Of a stretch of 64,000 nucleotides of DNA, positions 57,064 to 64,000 are shown one piece after another. Location: positions 125,677-189,676 of the forward strand of contig CAVXQD010000007.1 of the NCBI GenBank assembly GCA_963763885.1, read 5' to 3'. Numbering within the stretch: the stretch's first letter is position 1; each line of letters opens with the position of its first letter. The notes beneath the pieces were generated by a model. It made no database searches, was not told the origin of the DNA, and saw nothing but the letters and a program-made list of their open reading frames with translations. The translations under genes were made by a program, and so were the position numbers. The stretch is from an uncultured Acidimicrobiales bacterium. GTDB lineage: Bacteria; Actinomycetota; Acidimicrobiia; Acidimicrobiales; JANYDT01.

Positions 57064-57089
57064 CAGGCGTGGGCAAAAGCCCACGCCTG
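57064..57089 (-). promoter_or_regulatory. rimP/ylxS-leader-like hairpin
   Basis: Perfect 11-bp stem CAGGCGTGGGC-TTTT-GCCCACGCCTG about 180 nt upstream of rimP, resembling the GTGGG...CCCAC leader seen before rimP operons. Confidence 0.6.
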
Positions 57090-57178
57090 GTGACTGGCAG
57101 GCCCGACGAATCGGGCCCTATGACTCAGCGCTTGGCGCCATGTTACCCGCGAAGGCGGGTACGCGATGGACTTGGGAG

Positions 57179-57469
57179 TTAGGCAGCTCGGCGTGCGGCG
57201 GCCTGACGCCGGCGGCGAATGCTGCGCCGCTCTTCAGGGGTGTGTCCGCCCCAAATGCCGTCCAGCTGGCGGGTACGGATGGCGAACTCCAGGCATGACT
57301 GGCGCACCGGGCATTCGGCACAAACGGCCTTGGCCGACGTAACCATTGAATTGATCTCAGGCCCACCCTCTGGGTCCGGGAAGAACAAGTTGGTGTCGAG
57401 CGACGCGCACGCCGCGTTGTGACGCCATTTGTCTACGTCCCACTTCACCGGGGAAGTCGCATTAATCAT
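57179..57469 (-). CDS. whiB: WhiB-family Fe-S transcription factor
   Basis: WRHNAAC...FFP...AKAVCAECPVRQSCLE...GIWGGHTPEERR. The start could be further upstream (up to 57580). Confidence 0.92.
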   Translation of the reverse strand: MINATSPVKWDVDKWRHNAACASLDTNLFFPDPEGGPEINSMVTSAKAVCAECPVRQSCLEFAIRTRQLDGIWGGHTPEERRSIRRRRQAAARRAA

Positions 57470-58089
57470 GGTGACGTTGCTTGCCGACATGCTTGCCGAC
57501 ATGCTTGCCGAGCCGCTGGCGGAACTGCCGACGGAGCTAGTTGCGGGGGTACTGGTCAGGGTTTCAGACGTTGGTGACACTGGATCTCTTCTTCCTGGTC
57601 ATTTGTTTTGGGGGCGGACAAGCCAGCGGCCTGACCAATTTGTTCGCAACCGGTTGTTGCGACGGAACATTCCCGATCTGCAAACCGAAGTTCAGGACCG
57701 AGACGGTTGTTCGCCAGCGATACCCGTTGGGATCGGGTACGAAACATGATGGACGTTGAGCTGGATACATGGTCCGCTGATTTCCATGAGAGACCGATGA
57801 AGACAACCCTGATCAGTGTTCAGCACCAACTCAGGGAAATCCCCCAACCAGGGTGGTTTTCCGGGCAGACGCTGCCGGAAAATGGGCGCGCTAACCCCGA
57901 AAAGACAGCGAATACCACATTGAGTGGTCACAATTCGGGAAGGGTCTTCCCCTGAACCCCACTTCACCGATACACTGCAAGCGATTGGTTGTTTTGGTGG
58001 CGAATGGTTCATTCCGTTTCTCACCCTTTCGTCCTTTCAACCCGGCACCCAGTTTCAACCTGCACCCGACACGAGACGAGCAACAGCAC

Positions 58090-58611
58090 ATGACGCACCA
58101 CAACAGTCGCAACAACTCCGCAGCGGCGCCTACAGCGCCCATCTCCGCACGGCACAAGCTCGCAATGGTCGGCTCGGTCGCTGTGTTGGCTCTTGTTTCT
58201 GTTGCACCTGCTGCGCTCGGCCAGACCAATCCGTCCGACACCCGGCCCACGCCACAGGACACTCGTCCGCCGTATGTCGCCACCATCGTGCAGGCAACGA
58301 CTCCAAATCCTGACTCAGGCGCCACGGTTGCACCGCCAACCGCCGCCGTTGCTGGCATCCAGGTCACTGTTGCAACCACCGTTGCCACTACGGCCGCAAC
58401 CACCGTTGCTCCAACCGTTGTTTCGGTGGCTGGCAACGTGGTCACCACCGCCCCAGTTTCGGTTCTCGGTGTCACCATCGAAGAGCAGGTTGAAGATGTT
58501 GCGTTCACGGGCTCAGAGTCCGGCCGCTACACCTCGGTCGGCCTGGCGCTCACCGCAGTAGGCGCAACGCTGATTACCGTCAGCCGCCGTCGCCGCCGCG
58601 CCCGAGTCTGA
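58090..58611 (+). CDS. Small secreted Thr/Pro/Ala/Val-rich protein with VAFTG sorting signal
   Basis: Signal peptide (APAALG), low-complexity mature region, VLGV...DVAFTG-TM-RRRRRAR. Confidence 0.7.
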   Translation: MTHHNSRNNSAAAPTAPISARHKLAMVGSVAVLALVSVAPAALGQTNPSDTRPTPQDTRPPYVATIVQATTPNPDSGATVAPPTAAVAGIQVTVATTVATTAATTVAPTVVSVAGNVVTTAPVSVLGVTIEEQVEDVAFTGSESGRYTSVGLALTAVGATLITVSRRRRRARV

Positions 58612-58653
58612 TCGGTCGACCCTCGCCGGACCTCGCTTCCTGAACAACCTGTT

Positions 58654-58680
58654 CGGTCCCGACTTGGTCGGGACCGTTTC
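58654..58680 (+). terminator. Intrinsic terminator
   Basis: 10-bp stem CGGTCCCGAC/GTCGGGACCG followed by TTTC. Confidence 0.7.
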
Positions 58681-58833
58681 GCGTTCAGACCACGTCGGGA
58701 GTGGGTGCCTTCAGCAGGGTCGGGTGCCCAACACAGCCTGCACAGCACACCCAACCATGCAGGACGCACCCACAAATCCGGGCGTCCCCCGAGACGCACT
58801 GACTACAGCGGCCGCGGGACCACGAGTAAGCCG

Positions 58834-61305
58834 TTAGCGAGGGGTTCCAACTTCGAAACGTTGCAACGAGTCGGCTTGGCCGGCGAAGGTCTGCACCTGA
58901 CCCGCGCCACCCTGCGGATCTGGGGTTGCGTCACCGAACCCGCGCAGCGGTGTCAGCACCGACCCGTCGGCACTTGTCACGGTGAGTTCTACCGGGTCGT
59001 CGTTGACCAGCGCCTGATTCAGCAGGTCCAGGCGGTAGTCCCCTGCCCCAAGCGGGTTCTTGCCAGACAACTCAAGCGAGATGGTCCTGGTGGCGCCGTT
59101 TGGGACTACCAGCCAAATTGCGTACGCGTTGCGTCCTAGCTCTGTCATCGATGACACGTCGATGCGCTTGCCGTCCAACGTTGCGTTCGCTCGGACCAAT
59201 GGGAGGGGCGAATATATGCTCACGTAGTATCGCAACGAGCCGACCGGATTCAGTGCTCCGGTGCCAAGGATGTACGGCGGTTCGCCTGCTGCGGGCGCGG
59301 TGTTCTGCAGCGCAATTTCAACCACCGTCTTGATGGTGGCGTCGGCGGGGTTCAGCGTGACCGCAACTTTGGTTCTGCGCTGCAGGAAGAAGTCAATCTT
59401 GCTCTCGGATGCATTGTTGAGAAAGATCCCAAGGGAATCTCCTTCAACCGTTGGGATTGCCCCTGCCAGGCCGATTCGTTCGATGTAACGCTGCTCGAGA
59501 TCGGCGCGCATCCACACCTGCAGGTGGCGTCGCCGAGCGGAGGGCGCCAGCGCGTCGGCCAGCACCTTTGGCGTTGGCAACTGAACCGTGGTGAGCTTCT
59601 GCCAGACCCCCAGAGTGACCTCGCTCAGGAGATTGAGCCGCTCTGGGGTGGCGCCACCCTTGGTGACGTACGCGTCATGCATCAGCACCCTGGCGGTGTT
59701 CTCACCGGTCAGCGGTTCGTCCCAGCCTTCGACCTCAAGCGGGCCGAGGACGCCAAGGAGCGCTTGGAGGGTGACTGGATCGATGCTGATGACACCGTCG
59801 ACGCCAGCTGAATTTGCTGCATCCCCAACGGCCCCAACCGGCGGAAGAGCTTGTTGGAACTGTTCGGCAAACGTTTGCGCCACGGTTGGAAAATCGGGCG
59901 AGAAGTTGGCGTTGGACCACAGTTGTGGCGCCCCGAACTTTGTATAGCGCGCCAGGTAATCGGCGGGGGCGGTGGTTGTTCGTTTGTCGACAGGCACCCC
60001 GCCCGCATAGAGGTCTGCGGTCCGGCCGAATCGGCTCAGCGACAGGGTGCCGTTGACCGCTGTCAGTTCGCCGTAGTTGCCCATCACTCCCCCGCTGCTG
60101 CGCAGCTCCGATGGGTTGGACAGGACCAACATGTAACGCCTGGCACCGTTGCCGCCGAACATAGGTGGGATCACCGTCAGGATTTCACGGACCTGAGCGG
60201 AGGCCGTTTCCGCAGTAGTGATCTGCTCGCCAAGACTGTCGATGCGGTCACGAAGCGGCGACACGATCCACGGCGATTTGGAGCGGCCGAGGGCGTTGCG
60301 AGCTGCAACGATTGCACCGTCGGCAGCATTGATCTGTACACCTAGTTGTTTGAGCTTGTCGAGGTCGATCCGGCCGCCCTCCACGCGCAGCTGTTCCAGG
60401 TCTGCTTGCCCGGCAGCGATGGAGGCAGTTTCGGTGACGGCCGAAGCAGTGCCGGTGAGATCTCTTAACACCGTGATGTGTTGGGACAACACCGGCAGCG
60501 AGCGTCCTAGGCGCGCATACTTCCCATCGAGCTGAGCGCTTGCGGTACGCAGTGCAGACGACGCTGAGACAAAGGCAGTGTTGGCAGCAGTAGCGTCGCC
60601 ATTGCTTGCGGCCGCCAACCCGGTACGGGCATCGTCAAGCCCCCGTTCGGCAGAGGCACGAGCGTTAATCAACGCAACCACGCCTGCTGCTCCAGCGATG
60701 AACGCGAGACCAAACACGGCAAAGCACGTCCTGCGGACAACTCGGCGGGCCGGTGTTCGGAGCGTCACCCAAGCAGAAGCACACGCGAAGAAGAGCGCTG
60801 CAGCGGAGATTGCAGACGGCACGAGCGAAACCATCTCCTGCGGCAACCGAAGGGCAGTAACCGAGGCTCCAACGCCGACAATGGATCCGATCCAGGCCAC
60901 ACGTTCAGGGAACAGGTAGCTGGCCGCCGCAGCCCCGGCCGTTGCTACTGCCGTCGCCAACACCCACTTCTGCGCGGCGCCGGTGACAAGATCGAGCGCT
61001 GCGAGAACCATGGGAGCTGCAAGCAGCAGCGTGACAACCAGCCTGATGCGGCGTCGAGCTCGGGCAACGGCCGCGGCCAATACGGCAGCAAACGCGCAGC
61101 GCATCAGCAGATCGAGCGCCGCGTAACCCGTGGGATGTGCAGGCGCTCTGATGGCCAACACGGCTGCAATTGCTGCACCTCCAGCGAGCACTGCGGTAGG
61201 GGTGCGTTGCAGCCAGGTGAGCTTGGCCGAACTGAGAATCAAGCCAAGACACGCCGTGATGGCAAAGCCGACGCCCCACGCGAAAACGATGAAGGGAAAC
61301 TCCAT
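58834..61305 (-). CDS. DUF4012-domain membrane protein (EPS-locus associated)
   Basis: Multiple N-terminal TM helices; RRYMLVLSNPSELRSSGG, NFSPDFP, VDGVISIDPVTL, N...SKIDFF. Confidence 0.85.
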   Translation of the reverse strand: MEFPFIVFAWGVGFAITACLGLILSSAKLTWLQRTPTAVLAGGAAIAAVLAIRAPAHPTGYAALDLLMRCAFAAVLAAAVARARRRIRLVVTLLLAAPMVLAALDLVTGAAQKWVLATAVATAGAAAASYLFPERVAWIGSIVGVGASVTALRLPQEMVSLVPSAISAAALFFACASAWVTLRTPARRVVRRTCFAVFGLAFIAGAAGVVALINARASAERGLDDARTGLAAASNGDATAANTAFVSASSALRTASAQLDGKYARLGRSLPVLSQHITVLRDLTGTASAVTETASIAAGQADLEQLRVEGGRIDLDKLKQLGVQINAADGAIVAARNALGRSKSPWIVSPLRDRIDSLGEQITTAETASAQVREILTVIPPMFGGNGARRYMLVLSNPSELRSSGGVMGNYGELTAVNGTLSLSRFGRTADLYAGGVPVDKRTTTAPADYLARYTKFGAPQLWSNANFSPDFPTVAQTFAEQFQQALPPVGAVGDAANSAGVDGVISIDPVTLQALLGVLGPLEVEGWDEPLTGENTARVLMHDAYVTKGGATPERLNLLSEVTLGVWQKLTTVQLPTPKVLADALAPSARRRHLQVWMRADLEQRYIERIGLAGAIPTVEGDSLGIFLNNASESKIDFFLQRRTKVAVTLNPADATIKTVVEIALQNTAPAAGEPPYILGTGALNPVGSLRYYVSIYSPLPLVRANATLDGKRIDVSSMTELGRNAYAIWLVVPNGATRTISLELSGKNPLGAGDYRLDLLNQALVNDDPVELTVTSADGSVLTPLRGFGDATPDPQGGAGQVQTFAGQADSLQRFEVGTPR

Positions 61306-61360
61306 GTGGATAGCCTGACGGGTTTGGTGGGCTCAGCGCTGGTGCTGCGTTGCGCCGAAG

Positions 61361-63250
61361 TCAGTCGCGTTTGTCGCCACGGAACCTGGAGAACAGCGAG
61401 CGAGGATCGTTGGGCACCTGGACCACTGGACCAGACGAGGAAAGCGAAGACGTGGTCTGCAATGAAGAATCAGCCGCTGGGAGCGGAGCAGACCGCTGCG
61501 CGGGGTCGTTCTCGGAGGTCCAACCGTCGCCCAACGGAGCGGTCCAGATGGGGCTGTCGTCGGGGACCCAGGCTTCGACGGTCTTGACCTGCTGTGCGGG
61601 CTTCACGCGATTGCGACGCTTCGTCTTGCCACCGTAGCCACCGTAGGAACCGTATGCATACGTACCGGTTCCATAGGCGCCCATACCAAGCCACGAGCGC
61701 TTCGGTGCAGCGTTGACCACAAAGCCAGCCACGTTGCGGTTGGCGCGGCGGAGCAGGTCGATGGCAGAGGAAACCTCACGCCGACGAGAGTTGCGGGACC
61801 GAACCACCACGATGACACCATCGACGAACTGGCCGATGACGATGGGGTCTGTGACGGCCAGGATGGGCGGGCCGTCGATCAGGACCGCATCGAAATGCGG
61901 ACGCAGTGCGCCGAACACGTCTTTGGCTCGCCATGAACCAAGTAGTTCAGCAGCATTGGGTGGAACGGGGCCTGCGGTGAGGACGGTGATGTCGCCCTCG
62001 TCGCGGAGGGTCTTTGCCGCAGCGGTGATGCCCACATCGCCAGACAAGACGTTAGAGAGGCCGATGTCGTTTGCCAGCCCGAATGTGTGGTGCAGCGACG
62101 GGCTACGCAGGTCAGCGTCGACAACCAGAACCCGCAGGCCGGACTGGGACATGACGTGAGCGAGGTTGGTGATGGTTGTGGACTTGCCCTCGCCTGGCTT
62201 GGCGCTGGTGACCTGGATGACCTTCAGCGGCTCGTCGACACCGAGGAACGTGATGGACGAACGCAGGGAACGGTATGACTCGAGGGCGTGAACAGGCACC
62301 GGCGAAACGCCAGCCTGTTTCCCTCGCTTGAAGCGTTTGGCCAGCTTGGCGAAGCGATGATTGTGCGTGCGAGGAATGACGCCGAGCACCGGTGGGTAGC
62401 CGTGCTGTGCCAACTGTGCTGGGCCGTAGACCCGGTCGTCGAGAATTTCACGCAGGAACGCAAGGCCAAGGCCGGCGACGAGGCCAGCAAGCAAGCCGGT
62501 TGCAGCGCTGCGGAGCGGGCGAGGCGACGTAGGAGCGGTTGGAGCAACCGCTGGGCTGAGCACGTTTGCGCTGCCCGACTTGAGGGCGGCGTCGACGGTG
62601 AGCCCGTCTATGCGGCTTTGGTAGTTGTCCTTAGCCTGTTGCGCTGCGTCTCGGCGCGCACGGTACGACTCCACCACTGCTGGAGGGGTGGTTTCCGTTG
62701 CGGTTGCGATTCTGTTTGTGTACAGATCGATTTCCGTGTCATAGACGTCAGTTTGCTTACGAAGCTGCGTGGTGGCGGCTTCGATGTCTGCCACGGTTTG
62801 GTCACGGCGGAACTCTTTGTACGCGTCGGCGTAGGTGTTGGCGATCTTGGCAGCGCGTGACGGACTTTCGTCCTGGGCGACAATGCGCAGGATGCCGGCG
62901 TCGGGATCTCCGATGGCGGTAACGACCGCATCGAAACCGAGCTTCTTGGTGGCCTTGGTGTAGAGCGCATCAGATCCAAGAACACGGATTTCCGTGGCAA
63001 GAACTTGCTCGGAGTAGTAGTTGTTGGTGGCGATGGCGTTGGGGTCGTTGACGCCGCTGATCAGCGCATCGGTGACCTTGCCACGCAAAAGCAGGTCTGT
63101 GCTGGCGGTGTACATGGGAGTGGCACGCAGGGCCAAGCCCAGTTGCAATGCGGTGGCAAGCACCACGGGCACCACAACCCACACCCAACGGCCACGCAGA
63201 ATTTGCAGCGCTGCCCGCAGATCGAGGGGCGGACGTTCCTCGCCAGTCAT
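61361..63250 (-). CDS. Polysaccharide biosynthesis tyrosine autokinase (Wzc-like, Wzz + CpsD fusion)
   Basis: Wzz-like N-terminus with two TM helices, ESYRSLRSSI, TSAKPGEGKS, VDADLRSP, IDGPP, Tyr cluster AYGTGTYAYGSYGGYG. Confidence 0.92.
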   Translation of the reverse strand: MTGEERPPLDLRAALQILRGRWVWVVVPVVLATALQLGLALRATPMYTASTDLLLRGKVTDALISGVNDPNAIATNNYYSEQVLATEIRVLGSDALYTKATKKLGFDAVVTAIGDPDAGILRIVAQDESPSRAAKIANTYADAYKEFRRDQTVADIEAATTQLRKQTDVYDTEIDLYTNRIATATETTPPAVVESYRARRDAAQQAKDNYQSRIDGLTVDAALKSGSANVLSPAVAPTAPTSPRPLRSAATGLLAGLVAGLGLAFLREILDDRVYGPAQLAQHGYPPVLGVIPRTHNHRFAKLAKRFKRGKQAGVSPVPVHALESYRSLRSSITFLGVDEPLKVIQVTSAKPGEGKSTTITNLAHVMSQSGLRVLVVDADLRSPSLHHTFGLANDIGLSNVLSGDVGITAAAKTLRDEGDITVLTAGPVPPNAAELLGSWRAKDVFGALRPHFDAVLIDGPPILAVTDPIVIGQFVDGVIVVVRSRNSRRREVSSAIDLLRRANRNVAGFVVNAAPKRSWLGMGAYGTGTYAYGSYGGYGGKTKRRNRVKPAQQVKTVEAWVPDDSPIWTAPLGDGWTSENDPAQRSAPLPAADSSLQTTSSLSSSGPVVQVPNDPRSLFSRFRGDKRD

Positions 63251-63496
63251 TCCGTCAGCGTACCCCACCCCTGCCGCTGCTGGCACTAGTGAAAGTTGAC
63301 TGTTGTCTGTGATTTCTGCCGATCGGGTTTCGGTTTGTGGGTCCGTTGAGGCTGCAAATAGTGGCTTTTCTCCGGTCGGTCGGCAGCCGTTCGTATGCAC
63401 ACAGGTTTGCCGGAGCCGGTCCGGTTGCTATTCGCGCTGACGTTTCCGCAGGTCACTGGTGTCTCAAATCAGACCGTCCCGCCCCATCCCCCAAAG

Positions 63497-64000
63497 CTAG
63501 GCAGGCGGAGCAACCAGGTGACGAGCGCCGGCCCGAAGCGTTCCGGTGGCCCCGACGGCCTGGCGAGCGGTGGCAAACAGGCGGGGATATCCCCCTACGA
63601 GAGCTTCGGCAGGGGTAGTGATGGCGGACTTGGCGCCGATTCCGTAGACCGGGGTCACCGTTTCCGGGGTGTAGGTACCGAACATCCGGTCCCAGACGAT
63701 GAGCACTGCACCGAAGTTGCGGTCGATGTACTGCGGGTTTGAGCCGTGGTGGACCCGGTGCGCTGACGGTGTGACAAAGACCGAGTCCAAAACGGTGCGC
63801 TTGCGGCATGCGGTGGTGTGCTGCAGCTGACCAATCGTGGCGGCCAACACATCCAGCGTGACAAACGCCAGTGGGTGGAAGCCGATCAACGGAACCCACA
63901 GTCCAAGCCATGGCTTGTACACAGCTTCCATCCAGGGCACCCGAATGGCCGTGGTGAACCCGATGGTGGTTGGCGAGTGATGCACCATGTGCGACGCCCA
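63497..64000 (-). CDS. Sterol desaturase/fatty-acid hydroxylase family protein, 3' part only
   Basis: WASHMVHHS, QLQHT, TPSAHRVHHG, NFGAVLIVWDRMFGT. Confidence 0.85.
   Translation of the reverse strand, partial: WASHMVHHSPTTIGFTTAIRVPWMEAVYKPWLGLWVPLIGFHPLAFVTLDVLAATIGQLQHTTACRKRTVLDSVFVTPSAHRVHHGSNPQYIDRNFGAVLIVWDRMFGTYTPETVTPVYGIGAKSAITTPAEALVGGYPRLFATARQAVGATGTLRAGARHLVAPPA

Noticed and set aside
56674-57084. ORFs encoding (SSFNGS)n or (KLELPL)n from the 18-bp repeat, or a CRISPR call
   Set aside because: The ORFs overlap rimP or whiB out of frame with no supporting motifs, and the repeats have no spacers.
57773-57905. c-di-AMP (ydaO) riboswitch suggested by CCGCTGA...GCTAACCCCG
   Set aside because: The other conserved segments (GGAAC..GGGG, CCCGTCAGCTAA) are missing; a cmscan would be needed.

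Overview
High-GC actinobacterial chromosomal window. WhiB, an F420-LLM enzyme, WS/DGAT, DUF222-HNH and DUF4012 suggest Actinomycetota, plausibly Acidimicrobiia (inference). Left to right it holds: a DosR/DevR-like hypoxia cluster (partial PAS sensor, two Usp genes, DevR-like regulator, PNPOx-like gene, an unannotated 50-aa C2H2 zinc-finger microprotein) with recurring GGGACNNNNGGCCC-type boxes; a glutathione peroxidase whose catalytic codon is an in-frame TGA followed by a SECIS-like hairpin; a LexA-boxed DUF222-HNH gene; a fructose-type ABC system with a LacI regulator; purU; a carbamate kinase-like gene and a beta-CASP gene; tRNA-Gly(GCC); an AbiEi/DUF559-like gene between 73-bp direct repeats; WS/DGAT, Fpg/Nei, dut and orn; an SF2 helicase, an FHA-TM-3xFtsK ATPase and a Ser/Thr kinase; xylB; an Opp/Dpp ABC operon interrupted by a short repeat array; two DUF7507-like surface-protein genes bracketed by inverted 65-bp two-hairpin elements; rimP-nusA-ylxR-infB; whiB; and the start of a capsule/EPS locus. 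The most novel-looking signals are the 65-bp inverted structured repeats, the repeat-flanked DUF559 gene, the selenoprotein, the C2H2 microprotein and four (V/L)AxTG-anchored surface proteins. Single-base frameshifts in rimP, nusA and two other genes most likely reflect assembly indels. All calls come from reading the sequence by eye; no database searches were run.
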